Virus record (IMG/VR): IMGVR_UViG_3300012942_001284
Coordinates: 1 to 41,686 of that record
Length of the DNA: 41,686 nt
Source of the DNA: a virus
Lineage: Duplodnaviria; Caudoviricetes
Direction: 5' to 3' (one strand)
Numbering within the stretch: the stretch's first letter is position 1; each line of letters begins with the position of its first letter. Under the pieces are notes generated by a model. The model was not told the DNA's origin. It did no database searches and was given only the letters and a program-made list of their open reading frames with translations. The position numbers were made by a program, and so were the translations under genes. Positions 27,868 to 37,898 of the stretch are shown piece after piece.

Positions 27868-27903
27868 AACAACATTTAATTACTTTTTAAATACTATGTA
27901 CAA

Positions 27904-28212
27904 ATGAGTAAAACACTTCCCGCAATCACAGATGAGCTTATCAAAAAGCTAAAATCGGAGAATAAAAAGCTCTTCAGATATGATACCGCTGATGGCCGCT
28001 CCTTAATCTTCCGTTCTCCGACTATTGCTGAAATTGAAGCCTCCACAACACTGGCAAATACGAAGCCTATCCAATCCAACCGGGTATTGGCAAATAGTTG
28101 CGCTTTGGCTGGTGATTCTTCAATTTTGGAAGACACTGATGCTTTTATAGGATTAAGTATGAAACTTAAAAATATAATTGTCCAAGTCGAGGGGGAGCTT
28201 TCCGAGCTTTAG
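27904..28212 (+). CDS. Tail assembly chaperone (gpG-like)
   Basis: 102 aa between tube and tape measure. Confidence 0.8.
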   Translation: MSKTLPAITDELIKKLKSENKKLFRYDTADGRSLIFRSPTIAEIEASTTLANTKPIQSNRVLANSCALAGDSSILEDTDAFIGLSMKLKNIIVQVEGELSEL

Positions 28213-28367
28213 AAAAAGCTCAAAACAACGTAAAAGAAGGGTCGCTCACATATCTAAGCTGTCAGCTTCGATATTATTACAAAGTGGACCCAAAACAGCT
28301 AACGGATGAAGAGTGGATTACGCTAGTGGCACACCTGCTTGTAATCCGTCAGAATGAAAAAGAATAA
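28191..28367 (+). CDS. Frameshift extension of the tail chaperone (gpGT-like)
   Basis: G-GGG-GAG at 28191-28197. The -1 frame is open for 57 codons without an ATG: GAFRALEKAQ...LRYYYKVDPKQLTDEEW...KE*. Confidence 0.7.
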   Translation, partial: GGAFRALEKAQNNVKEGSLTYLSCQLRYYYKVDPKQLTDEEWITLVAHLLVIRQNEKE

Positions 28368-28371
28368 AATC

Positions 28372-28400
28372 AAAGCCACTTAAAGCGAAGTGGCTTTTTT
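28372..28400 (+). terminator. Hairpin before the tape measure gene
   Basis: AAAGCCACTT-N6-AAGTGGCTTT-TT. Confidence 0.5.
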
Positions 28401-28405
28401 ACAAC

Positions 28406-30535
28406 ATGAGTAACGGCGTCCAGTATAATATAAGCTTTAACGAGGGTAATAGCAGTAATCAGCTTCAGCAGATTATCACGCTGATGACCCAAAGCGTTAC
28501 CCAAACGACAGCCCTACAGGCTGCCGTCAGTTCTTTGAATTCCAGTGCCGTTTCAGCTATCGGTGGCGTGGAAAGCGCTGTAAAAGACTTATCTGGAAAT
28601 ATAACCGGTAGCCTGAATCCGGCTGTCCATCAAACGGGCAGTGATTTTGACACCGCAGGAAACAAGGCGATTACGTTCTCTGAAAGGCTGGAAAAAGTAG
28701 GAAAGGCTTCTTTTTACCTGAACAATGTCCGTCAGTCCATCAGCGGTATCGTGGAAGATTTGAACCGGGCAACGAAGCCAGGCATTGATCTGAATACGCA
28801 GCTGAAGCAAATGCAAGCGATTACGGGCATCGATGATAGTCAGTTGCGTCAGCTGAGTGATGCTGCACGGGATAATGCCAAGGCCTTTGGTGTTGATGCC
28901 GCCCAGGGAGCTGCCGGTTATCAGGTGTACCTGGCAGGCTTAGGTCCCGCAATTGGTCAAGTCCCACAGGCGCTGGCCGAAATGGGCAAGGATGCTACTA
29001 TTCTGTCCAAGCAGATGGATGGTGATGTGAAGGGCGCAGCTGCGGCACTTACTACAGCTGTCCAGCAATTTGGTGTTAGCCTGGACGATCCAATTAAGGC
29101 ATCCCAGACGATGACGGCGATGATGAACATCATGGCCGCCGCCAGCCGTGAAGGAAGTGCGGAATTACCCGACTTAAAAAGCGCTTTGGAGCAGGCCGGT
29201 ATGATGGCTAAAACGGCCAATGTAAGTTTTGCAGAAACGAATGCTGCATTAGAGCTACTAGCCAACCGTGGTAAAAAAGGCGCTGAAGGTGGTGTCGCCC
29301 TGCGAAATGTAATGTCCATTTTATCTGAGGGAACATTTTTACCGCCTATGACACAAAAGATGTTGGAAATGGCCGGCATCAATGTGAAGGCGCTGGGGGA
29401 TAAAACCATGAGCCTATCCGAGAGACTTAAGCAATTGCAGCCAATTGCCAACGATACGGCGGCTATGACCATGCTATTTGGCCGGGAAAACGTCGCTGCG
29501 GGTATTGCCCTGGTACAAAATGCAGGCGCCGTACAGGAACTAACAGGTAAGATCACAGGTACTAATGCCGCCGTGGAACAGGCAAACATTGTCATGGACA
29601 GTTATCAGGAAAAGCAAAATCGCATTACGGCCGCTGTACAAGACTTTGGCATAAGCATATTTAATGCAACTGGTAAATGGCTTCCCTTTATTGTTATGGG
29701 AATGGGTGCAATAAGTGTACTCGCAAATATAGCCCAGGCGATGACGCTGTTCAGCTCCATTGCAACTATGCGCATGTGGCCGGCAATTGGCGCAGGGCTG
29801 GTAACAATGGGTAGCTGGATAGCAGAGGTTACAATGGCTACGTTGGCACAATTAGGCCTTAATGCCGCCATGAGCATGAACCCTATAGGTGCAATCGTAA
29901 TAGCCATTGGGGCGGCAGTAGGCGCCATTATCGTACTTACCAAGTATTGGGATCAGATATGGGGCGCCATTAAATCATTTGGTGTCTGGGTTTGGGAACA
30001 TAATCCCTTCAGGTTTCTGATTGATGTCACAGACCGCATTTTCCCAGGCTTCAAAAAGCAAATGACTGCCTTATGGGATTGGGTGATTGGGAAGTTTGAG
30101 GCGCTGATCGGATGGTTTAAGAAAGCCTGGGGCTGGATTAAAAAACTGTTTAGCGGAGGCAAAGATGATGCGGCAGATGCAAGTAAAGCGGCGGTCGACG
30201 AATATAGGAAACAGTTGGACCAGCCTATACCAGGTATTACGGTCGCAGCTGCCGCCAATAACGACAGTCCGGTGGCTAATTTCAAAAGAGGACATAACAG
30301 CCGCTCCGGTGATAGCGGCCAAACAGGAAAATCAACGTCCCGTAATATCTCCTCAGGCGGATCAAGGCCTACAACAATTAATATCACGATTCAGAAATTA
30401 CAAGATCAGATCGTGATCCAAACATTGAACCTTAAAGAAGGGGCTAAAGAAGCTGCTGACAAAGTCGTAAATGAGCTATTGATGGCCTTAAACAGTGTTG
30501 ACAGTAAAAGCGGAGGTGTGGCATATGGCAATTAG
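28406..30535 (+). CDS. Tail tape measure protein (TP901-type core)
   Basis: 709 aa, Ala-rich, 'GKKGAEGGVALRNV', Trp-periodic C-terminal repeats. Confidence 0.93.
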   Translation: MSNGVQYNISFNEGNSSNQLQQIITLMTQSVTQTTALQAAVSSLNSSAVSAIGGVESAVKDLSGNITGSLNPAVHQTGSDFDTAGNKAITFSERLEKVGKASFYLNNVRQSISGIVEDLNRATKPGIDLNTQLKQMQAITGIDDSQLRQLSDAARDNAKAFGVDAAQGAAGYQVYLAGLGPAIGQVPQALAEMGKDATILSKQMDGDVKGAAAALTTAVQQFGVSLDDPIKASQTMTAMMNIMAAASREGSAELPDLKSALEQAGMMAKTANVSFAETNAALELLANRGKKGAEGGVALRNVMSILSEGTFLPPMTQKMLEMAGINVKALGDKTMSLSERLKQLQPIANDTAAMTMLFGRENVAAGIALVQNAGAVQELTGKITGTNAAVEQANIVMDSYQEKQNRITAAVQDFGISIFNATGKWLPFIVMGMGAISVLANIAQAMTLFSSIATMRMWPAIGAGLVTMGSWIAEVTMATLAQLGLNAAMSMNPIGAIVIAIGAAVGAIIVLTKYWDQIWGAIKSFGVWVWEHNPFRFLIDVTDRIFPGFKKQMTALWDWVIGKFEALIGWFKKAWGWIKKLFSGGKDDAADASKAAVDEYRKQLDQPIPGITVAAAANNDSPVANFKRGHNSRSGDSGQTGKSTSRNISSGGSRPTTINITIQKLQDQIVIQTLNLKEGAKEAADKVVNELLMALNSVDSKSGGVAYGN

Positions 30536-31166
30536 TATATCGCTTAAAGATTTATTAGGCTACATACCTGGCAGCCCTTTAGGTGCGCCCTTCCCAGGGG
30601 TGCCTTTGGAAGGTGAAGGCCCTAAAGTTGCACCCGGCTTTGAAGGTGAGCCAGCGCAGCCTTTACAAAATCAGGCCGATTATATGGGAACGCCTGTTAT
30701 TAAGGTTACAGACGAGCAGTTGGGTAAATATGATTTTTGCCCAATTACGATCGATGACGGATTAAAAAAATATGAGCTTCCCATTTCCTTTTTAATGATC
30801 TCTGGCCAAAAAGGGATTATTGAAACAGACGTCATTGACAGGGGGACCGTATTTGAAAAGGTATTTGAAAGACCATATGATATTAGCATTTTGGTGATTA
30901 TTCAAAGCGAAGATGGAACATGGCCCGCTGGCAGGTATAAGGAAATTGCAGAAATGTATCGGGGTAATCGGCTTGAGAATGGGGAAAAAATTAAAGGAAA
31001 AGACCTGGTTACACTTAAATGTGCTTTAACAAACCCCTTCTTACAACCAGAGTGGAACTTCCTGATCACTAAAATTGCTTTACAGGACAATGGAGGGGCA
31101 GAGGATATGGAGATATTTCAGATTGATGGCAGGAGTAATATAGAATTTAAACTGACAACGGAGTAA
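30525..31166 (+). CDS. Tail tube initiator-like protein (DUF6046-like)
   Basis: Follows the tape measure. 'KGIIETDV..RGTVFE'. Confidence 0.65.
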   Translation: MAISISLKDLLGYIPGSPLGAPFPGVPLEGEGPKVAPGFEGEPAQPLQNQADYMGTPVIKVTDEQLGKYDFCPITIDDGLKKYELPISFLMISGQKGIIETDVIDRGTVFEKVFERPYDISILVIIQSEDGTWPAGRYKEIAEMYRGNRLENGEKIKGKDLVTLKCALTNPFLQPEWNFLITKIALQDNGGAEDMEIFQIDGRSNIEFKLTTE

Positions 31167-31169
31167 GTT

Positions 31170-32216
31170 ATGTATTTAGGGCAAATGATAGGACGTATTG
31201 TATTTAGAGATTCAGTGAAGCTGAATGGATTTCATTCGGTTTCAATTAAAAAGAGCGTCCATCAAATTGTTCAAACGGCTAAGCTCACAATCCCAATGTC
31301 CGTGTTGCTGGAAAATCAACATTCCCCTGCTCTGGCTTCAAGGTTATTTATGAAGGATGTTATCAAAGAGGGGGATAAAATAAACATCTCTTTTGGCTAT
31401 AGAAAAGGGGATATTGAAGATGTAAAACAGGAATTTACCGGATATATAAGATCAATTAACTATAAAATACCGGTAGAAATTGAGTGTGAAGATGCAATGT
31501 ATTTATTCAGAAATACGACAATTAAACAAAGTTTTAATGGCGTTGATATAAAGGAAGTTCTTTTAAAAATATGTGTGGAGGTGACCAAAAAGTACCAGGT
31601 AGCTTTCAAACTGTATGACAAAATGCCCCAGATAACGGTGTCTAATTTTATCGTAAACAATCAATCAGCTATGTGGGCCTTGCAGCAATTGATAGACTGG
31701 TACCCAATGCTGGGCATTTATCTGACCCAAATAAATGGGGAAGAAGTTTTGTATTGTGGACTGGTGTATCAGGACCTGGGGAAGCCCAATGTTGAATATG
31801 GTTTAAGCGGACCGATAAATAATACCATTTCCGTGTCAGAATTGAAGTATCAAACAACCACCAAAACGGCTAAGGTTGTTTGGAAGATCACGCAGCCTAA
31901 TGGTACCGTTGTGACAAAGGAGATTGGGGACAGTAATGCAGAATTAGTTATTAATAAGAAGATAAGCGGCAAGGTTAATGACGATCTTTTAAAACAGATG
32001 ACTAATCAGGAAGTCTCGCAAAAAAATTATGTGGGATATAACGGCAACTTTACTGCCTTCCTTTACCCGTTTTGTGACTTTGGCGTAGTGGCTAGTTTAC
32101 AAGACCCTCAATTCCCTGAACGAAAGGGGAATTATTTTGTAGGCACAGTTACCACAACATTTGATACATCAACAGGCGGAAGGCGGAAACCTGAAATAGA
32201 CTTTAAACTACGATGA
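31170..32216 (+). CDS. Baseplate hub (late control D / Mu gp44-like)
   Basis: 'EFTGYIRSI..PVEIECEDAMYLFR', 'GNYFVGTVTTTF..GGRR'. Confidence 0.8.
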   Translation: MYLGQMIGRIVFRDSVKLNGFHSVSIKKSVHQIVQTAKLTIPMSVLLENQHSPALASRLFMKDVIKEGDKINISFGYRKGDIEDVKQEFTGYIRSINYKIPVEIECEDAMYLFRNTTIKQSFNGVDIKEVLLKICVEVTKKYQVAFKLYDKMPQITVSNFIVNNQSAMWALQQLIDWYPMLGIYLTQINGEEVLYCGLVYQDLGKPNVEYGLSGPINNTISVSELKYQTTTKTAKVVWKITQPNGTVVTKEIGDSNAELVINKKISGKVNDDLLKQMTNQEVSQKNYVGYNGNFTAFLYPFCDFGVVASLQDPQFPERKGNYFVGTVTTTFDTSTGGRRKPEIDFKLR

Positions 32217-32686
32217 GCAAAGCAGCAAAAGAGCTTGTAGATAAACTGAAAGACCTGGGCAATAAGGGCATAGAACGTTGCTTTATGGCTGTTATAAAGT
32301 CGGTTGATAAAAGCACTGACACTTGTGCCATTGTTTTTGATGAGCTGCAAATCGAAGGGGTTAGGTTGAAGGCTACAATGGATAATGACCAAGGTTTAAA
32401 AGTCTATCCTGCTATCGGCAGTAATGTCTTGATTGAAAGGCTGTCAGACGGTTATTTTTCGGTTTCAATGTTTAGTCAAATAGAAAGTATTGAATTGACG
32501 ATTGACGACAAAAAGTGGCTGGTTAATAAGGATGGTCACCTAATCGGGAATACAGATAATACGCTGCTATCTGTTCTCAATTTAATAATAGATGCGGTTA
32601 TGGCAACAATAGTGTTTCAGGGGCGTAGTCCAGACTATGCAAAACTAACACAAGCCAAAACAATGGCATCGCAAATATTGCAATAA
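32213..32686 (+). CDS. Baseplate spike-like protein (OB-fold)
   Basis: 'VRLKA...YPAIGSNVLI'. Synteny. Confidence 0.65.
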   Translation: MSKAAKELVDKLKDLGNKGIERCFMAVIKSVDKSTDTCAIVFDELQIEGVRLKATMDNDQGLKVYPAIGSNVLIERLSDGYFSVSMFSQIESIELTIDDKKWLVNKDGHLIGNTDNTLLSVLNLIIDAVMATIVFQGRSPDYAKLTQAKTMASQILQ

Positions 32687-32910
32687 TGGCTTTAGATGCA
32701 AATGCTTTAGGAGCGGCTTTGAATACCGCAGCTAATGACTATAATGATAAAGATATTAATAACCTGCCCCAAGCAAGGGCAAATTATTGGAAGGATATCG
32801 CCACTGTCATTATCGACCATTTTAAACAGCATGGCGAAATAAATACACAGGTAGAAACCACTGGAACGGCCTCGGCTCAAACCGGAACAGGGACAGGAAC
32901 CATAAGCTAA
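32686..32910 (+). CDS. Small baseplate/spike-tip protein
   Basis: C-terminal 'TGTASAQTGTGTGTIS'. Coupled to neighbours. Confidence 0.6.
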   Translation: MALDANALGAALNTAANDYNDKDINNLPQARANYWKDIATVIIDHFKQHGEINTQVETTGTASAQTGTGTGTIS

Positions 32911-33197
32911 TGAACGATTTACTTTTAGATACTGACAATGACTTAATAATTGACAATAATGAGCTGTCCATTGGCTTTAGTGATTACCAGCACCAACAGT
33001 TGATATTGTTAATGCAAAAAGGTGAGCTAAAGGAAAGCCCACTTGCAACGGTTGGAATAGTAAATTATTTGCGGGAAAGCGATATTGAAGGGATGCTGCA
33101 TGAAGTTAGGCGATGTTTCGTGGAAGATGGAATGACAGTAAGCAAATTGAATTATAATGAACAAAATGGGAATTTAGATTTTGATGCAACCTATTAA
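32910..33197 (+). CDS. gp25/GpW-like baseplate wedge protein
   Basis: 'KGELKESPLATVGI'. Synteny. Confidence 0.65.
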   Translation: MNDLLLDTDNDLIIDNNELSIGFSDYQHQQLILLMQKGELKESPLATVGIVNYLRESDIEGMLHEVRRCFVEDGMTVSKLNYNEQNGNLDFDATY

Positions 33198-33459
33198 GTT
33201 AAATACCGACCAAACCTTACTTGATGCAGCATTGCAGCATTTAGGCGATGCATCCAGAACAGTGGAACTTGCATTGCTGAATGGTACAAGTTTGACGGAT
33301 ATTATTGAGGCAGCCAACGCTGGCGAGGTTGATATTAGTAAACAACAGGAAGTAGAGGCTTTGAATAAAAGTTTCAATATTCCAACGTCAACGGACGCTG
33401 AAGTTATCGGGAAAGGTGTTGGTTATTGGCGTGTAGGAATCGATTTTAAAGTTAGTTAA
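33184..33459 (+). CDS. LysM/tail-X-like baseplate protein
   Basis: 'QTLLDAALQHLG...LALLNG', 'GVGYWRVGIDFKVS'. Confidence 0.7.
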   Translation: MQPIKLNTDQTLLDAALQHLGDASRTVELALLNGTSLTDIIEAANAGEVDISKQQEVEALNKSFNIPTSTDAEVIGKGVGYWRVGIDFKVS

Positions 33460-33463
33460 GCAA

Positions 33464-34330
33464 ATGGCAAGGACGATAAACGAAATACAACAACAGGTTA
33501 CCGAAGTAATGGTTTCCGAATTGGCCGCAGCTGGGGTCATAATTGACCCTGCGACATGGAGCAAGACAAATATTTTTCGCCTGCTCTCTTATGTATTCGC
33601 TTTTGTGAGCAACTTTTTAGAGACATTATTTGATCTGCATAAAACTGACGTTAGTGCCGCCATTTCCGAAATGAAACCGCATACTGAGCGTTGGTATGCG
33701 AACATGGCTAAGTTATACCAGCATGGCTTTGCCTTGCTTCCTGATTCGGACAAATTTGACAATACCGGCAAAACAGATGATGAAATTGCTGCCAGCTTGG
33801 TGGTTAAGTATTCAGCGGTGGTAAAGCAAATAGACACATACGGCCATATTACCCTGCGTATTAAGAGCGCAACAGATACAGGGGAGGATTTGGGGTCGCT
33901 CAGTGAAGAGCAGCTAAATGGTGTCCGGGAATATTTTAGCCGGGTGGGTGATGCCGGGGTTGCGCTGTCCATTGATAGCCTGCCACCCGATAGCCTTAAA
34001 ATGAAGTGGACTGTATATTACGACCCTTTGATCTTAAATGCCCAGGGTAACCGATTAGATGGTTCAGCTGATAACATAATTGCAAACTCAATTAAAGCGT
34101 ATTTAAAGGAGCTGCCCTTTAATGGGACATTCGTTTTGCAATACGTAACTGATGCCGTTCAGGCGGTCGACGGAGTGGTGATCTGCCAGATAGATTCAGC
34201 AAGCTCTAAATATGGAGATTTTGATTTTTCTGGAATTGACACCAAGATAGTGCCGGATAGCGGTTATCTAAGGTTTACTGAAGATGCCGACCTGCAAATT
34301 AATTATGTACCTCAAAGCCCAATAAAATAA
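33464..34330 (+). CDS. Baseplate J-like protein
   Basis: 'MARTINEI...SKTNIFRL...PHTERWY...DAVQAVDGV'. Confidence 0.72.
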   Translation: MARTINEIQQQVTEVMVSELAAAGVIIDPATWSKTNIFRLLSYVFAFVSNFLETLFDLHKTDVSAAISEMKPHTERWYANMAKLYQHGFALLPDSDKFDNTGKTDDEIAASLVVKYSAVVKQIDTYGHITLRIKSATDTGEDLGSLSEEQLNGVREYFSRVGDAGVALSIDSLPPDSLKMKWTVYYDPLILNAQGNRLDGSADNIIANSIKAYLKELPFNGTFVLQYVTDAVQAVDGVVICQIDSASSKYGDFDFSGIDTKIVPDSGYLRFTEDADLQINYVPQSPIK

Positions 34331-34336
34331 AAAATC

Positions 34337-34531
34337 ATGAAAAAAAATAAGCCAACAATCACGATTAACATTTCGAGACTAATCGATAAGGTTGAAATAG
34401 TCACAAGCCCCTCCTTGGAAAAGAAAGAACGGAGAAGTATCGAAAGTTCATATTTACAAAAGGTTCAGGTATTGGAAGAAAGCGTCAGTCGGGGAATTTT
34501 GAGATCAATTGAATTAGCTTCTCGTCTGTGA
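34337..34531 (+). CDS. Small hypothetical protein (moron)
   Basis: 64-aa ORF with an A-rich leader, inside the baseplate operon. Confidence 0.45.
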   Translation: MKKNKPTITINISRLIDKVEIVTSPSLEKKERRSIESSYLQKVQVLEESVSRGILRSIELASRL

Positions 34532-34685
34532 TAGCCATTGTATCAATTATAGTCTTTTTCATAGTTGAGATTTTGGTGTCATAAGTTGCTCTTTGTTCTT
34601 CGTTTAATGTTGAGCGTAATGCTTTAATATTTGCAATTAGCAAGACAACTACAACTTCCATTGTTAGTAAAGGATTCTTTTCCAT
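34485..34685 (-). CDS. Small hypothetical protein on the opposite strand with its own promoter (moron)
   Basis: 66 aa from MEKNP. Minus-strand TACATTTG at 34710-34717. Confidence 0.6.
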   Translation of the reverse strand: MEKNPLLTMEVVVVLLIANIKALRSTLNEEQRATYDTKISTMKKTIIDTMAITDEKLIQLISKFPD

Positions 34686-34716
34686 TGTTTTATTTGAATT
34701 TAATTGTATCAAATGT

Positions 34717-35211
34717 ATGGTTTTTAGCCGTAAAATATATGATTTTGACTGGAAGACGCTAACAAGGTGGTTGGTTCCGGTGGTTCTGCGCCAGCCAAAG
34801 TTATTGTCTTTCGTTACAGCATCGGTGTCCGGGTTGAAATACGTTCATTCCCGGTTTCTGAATTATAAATATGATACGGAATATGATCTAACAATTACAC
34901 CTCAGGTCTGCTATCTGGAAAAGGCTTTGAATGACAGATTTGATTATAATCAGAGACGAATTAAAGTGATTCTTGGCGTTTATTATCCTCCTTTACCGTT
35001 GTTTATAAAGACCGAAGCCAAACGGTCTGTTATAGGGAGAAAATTGGAAAGCAGAAAGCTGTTACTATTTAGAAAAAACGAAACTGCGCAGTTTACATCC
35101 GATTTCATTGTACAAGTGCCCAGATATCTTGTTTTTGATAAGAATGAAATGAGTGCATTGGTAAGCAAATATTGTTTGGCTGGTAAGATATTCAGCATTA
35201 ATAAAGTATAG
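34717..35211 (+). CDS. Baseplate wedge / tail protein I-like
   Basis: 'TPQVCYLEKALNDRFD', 'DFIVQVP', 'YCLAGK'. Confidence 0.72.
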   Translation: MVFSRKIYDFDWKTLTRWLVPVVLRQPKLLSFVTASVSGLKYVHSRFLNYKYDTEYDLTITPQVCYLEKALNDRFDYNQRRIKVILGVYYPPLPLFIKTEAKRSVIGRKLESRKLLLFRKNETAQFTSDFIVQVPRYLVFDKNEMSALVSKYCLAGKIFSINKV

Positions 35212-35214
35212 AAA

Positions 35215-36060
35215 ATGAATAGATTAGATTTTACACAACCCGGAGGCTTATGGATTTATCAGGACTCGTTTGAGTTCATGCAAAATACCTACGCTCCATT
35301 AATTTCCACGATCACTGCCGCCTTAGGGGATAATGTGATTATTTCTGGATGTGTAAAAGCTTCGAGCAATGTCAGTCCTGGCTGGATTATTCTGAACGGA
35401 GAATTGTTGCCTTACGAAGGTGGTGTGTATGCCCCTCAGTTCAAAATGGAGGAGATTGTCACAAAAGAGCAATTTGATGATGGAGCTCAAAAGGATGTGT
35501 ACTACGTCCGTAAAGCCGTTATGACGATATCTGGGGGTGTTCCGTTTGAAAGCTTTTCTCAAATTAAGTCCTTGGCTGCTTTTAAATCTTTGCCCACCGC
35601 TGCCAGTTCTGATTATTCAGCAGCTAATGATGATGTTTTAGCTACTATTACCGGTCTTTTTAATTTAAAAGATGAATTGCTGACCTTAATAAAAGGGTTT
35701 AATGGCATAATTGTTCAATGGAGCGGTTCCGTTTCAGAAATACCGGCTGGATGGCAGCTTTGCGATGGCACAAATGATAGCCCGGATTTACGGGATAGAT
35801 TCATTTTAGGCGCAGGAAACGATTATGCAGTAGGGTCCGTTGGTGGTGAAAAAGCACATCAATTGACAGTAGAGGAAATGCCTGCTCACTCACATGGCTA
35901 TACCAGCAGAAATATAGCCAATGCAGACGGCAATGATAATCAGCGCGGTGTAAGCGGCACCAGCACGATTCAGACAAGCACAGAAGGTGGAGACTTGCCG
36001 CACAATAATATGCCTCCTTACTATGCATTAGCATTTATTTACAGAATTCCAATTGATTAA
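35215..36060 (+). CDS. Tail fibre/collar-domain protein
   Basis: 'IPAGWQLCDGTNDSPDLRDRFILGAG...GGEKAHQLTVEEMPAHSH...HNNMPPYYALAFI'. Confidence 0.85.
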   Translation: MNRLDFTQPGGLWIYQDSFEFMQNTYAPLISTITAALGDNVIISGCVKASSNVSPGWIILNGELLPYEGGVYAPQFKMEEIVTKEQFDDGAQKDVYYVRKAVMTISGGVPFESFSQIKSLAAFKSLPTAASSDYSAANDDVLATITGLFNLKDELLTLIKGFNGIIVQWSGSVSEIPAGWQLCDGTNDSPDLRDRFILGAGNDYAVGSVGGEKAHQLTVEEMPAHSHGYTSRNIANADGNDNQRGVSGTSTIQTSTEGGDLPHNNMPPYYALAFIYRIPID

Positions 36061-36062
36061 AT

Positions 36063-37898
36063 ATGGCACAAGACAAAAACTACTTAAAGCAGCGATTTGC
36101 AAGAACAGGAGCCGAACCGACAGCGGAGGACTTTGCCAATTTAATTGATGCAATACCTGACGAAACAGACTCTGGGATAGTGGCAGATCAGGCCGCAGAA
36201 ATATTAAAAGCTGATTCTGAGTTTATTAAGGAGGTATCACCCAAAACCACCAATGACCTTACCGCTCCTTCTGAAGATACTCTACTGACGAGTTTGGGGA
36301 CCAAACAGGCTTTACAGGATATCCAAGCTGATTATAATGAAAAAATAGGTATTGTTTCGGCGCAGGCGTCCACTGCTATTGTTGGAGTGGCAGACGTGAA
36401 TACCGTTCCCGTTGATACAACAGATGTATTTCGGAAATATAGTGTCAAACAGGCCGGAACTTATGTTAATTTTTTAGATGTTAACGGCGCGCCCATTGAA
36501 GTTATTGCCGCTGACCAGGCTAACGGAATTGAAGGTGATCTGGAATCCGGTATTGTTGAGCTTTGGGGACAGGATAACGTCTGGAGCAAAAGTATTACCA
36601 AGATATCGCTTGAAGCTTATGCGAAAAAAACGGAAGTGGCCCAGATTTCTAATGTCTTAAATAATACACCGGTAAATATTGGCGCCTCCGATGATCTAGG
36701 GACTTATTTAAACACTAATACAGCATATTACGTTAGAATAAATAATAGCCCCTTTGTTTTGGATAGGGCGGGTACAGTTCAACAATTGTCTGTAAACTGT
36801 ACTACAGCTGGTAAGTTAAAATTTAGTATTTGGAATAAGGTAGATGATACCCACATGACACTTGTCTATGAGGTAAATGTTACAGCCGGCTTAGGTGTCA
36901 ATACATTTACGGCCGGTGTTGATTTTGATGCTTTTACGGTATTGAATGGTCAATATCTGGGTGTTACACAGGTCACGGGAGAAGCATTAGTTGCGTTAAA
37001 GACTCATGCGGACGGCTCTTTTTCGTCTGCAAATACAACTTCAGTCATTGGTTCAACAGTCGTAATTTCCATTTCACCTGCTGAATTTGCAATTGCTGGT
37101 ATTGTTATAATGCCGGGAACAATCAGCGCTGTAGCTGATCTCAATACTCAAGTGGTTCAGGTAAATAACAAAGTAGAATCTGCCGTCAAAAAAACGGATA
37201 TAATAATTAAACCGTCCTCCAATTTGGCTAAGCCTGCTTTTATTGTTTATGGTAAATACGTAAATAATGCAGGTGGATTATCCAATGGTCCTTGGGCAAT
37301 GTTCTTTATGCCGGTTAAAGCTGGTCAAGTGTTCACTATTGGTCGTTGGAGTATGACCTGGGGGTCTTATTATTCTTTTTTTGATTTGGATGGAGTAACG
37401 CCTACCGGAACTTATGGAGCAATCGCAAAGGCCAATTATCTGCCGTTTACTTTGCCCGCTAGCCCAAGGGATTCATATATGGCTTTCGATTTAGCCCGAC
37501 CCACAGACCCAGTTGACGGCTCTGGCTATGCTCAACTTACAGTTAACCTAGGCACAGAATTATTGGATTACGAAGACCCAAATAAATCTACACTACTAAA
37601 AGTTCTGGGTGCAGATATTGGCGGCGGCAATTCTAATGTCCAGAACTTCGCAGATTTAGCTGATGCGCCCAATCCGATAGATAATATTGGCAACTCGTTT
37701 AAATATGGCGACAACGGTCTATTATTACCTTTCAAACCTATTGAAGCTAATACAGATGCTGTTTTTGCAACCGTAAAGACAAATGCTGTTATTTGTGATC
37801 TCCCCGTTGGAAACAGTGTGCCGCCAGCACAATGTAAAATTGGGGACGAATGGATTGATGCTGATGCAGATGGAACACGTAAAAGAAGAATGATATGA
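36063..37898 (+). CDS. Putative tail fibre / receptor-binding protein
   Basis: N-terminal 'LKQRFARTGAEPTAEDFANLIDA' anchor and beta-rich body, 611 aa. Confidence 0.65.
   Translation: MAQDKNYLKQRFARTGAEPTAEDFANLIDAIPDETDSGIVADQAAEILKADSEFIKEVSPKTTNDLTAPSEDTLLTSLGTKQALQDIQADYNEKIGIVSAQASTAIVGVADVNTVPVDTTDVFRKYSVKQAGTYVNFLDVNGAPIEVIAADQANGIEGDLESGIVELWGQDNVWSKSITKISLEAYAKKTEVAQISNVLNNTPVNIGASDDLGTYLNTNTAYYVRINNSPFVLDRAGTVQQLSVNCTTAGKLKFSIWNKVDDTHMTLVYEVNVTAGLGVNTFTAGVDFDAFTVLNGQYLGVTQVTGEALVALKTHADGSFSSANTTSVIGSTVVISISPAEFAIAGIVIMPGTISAVADLNTQVVQVNNKVESAVKKTDIIIKPSSNLAKPAFIVYGKYVNNAGGLSNGPWAMFFMPVKAGQVFTIGRWSMTWGSYYSFFDLDGVTPTGTYGAIAKANYLPFTLPASPRDSYMAFDLARPTDPVDGSGYAQLTVNLGTELLDYEDPNKSTLLKVLGADIGGGNSNVQNFADLADAPNPIDNIGNSFKYGDNGLLLPFKPIEANTDAVFATVKTNAVICDLPVGNSVPPAQCKIGDEWIDADADGTRKRRMI

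Noticed and set aside
28589-30416. Long antisense ORFs within the tape measure gene
   Set aside because: Expected antisense shadows of an Ala/Gly-rich gene.
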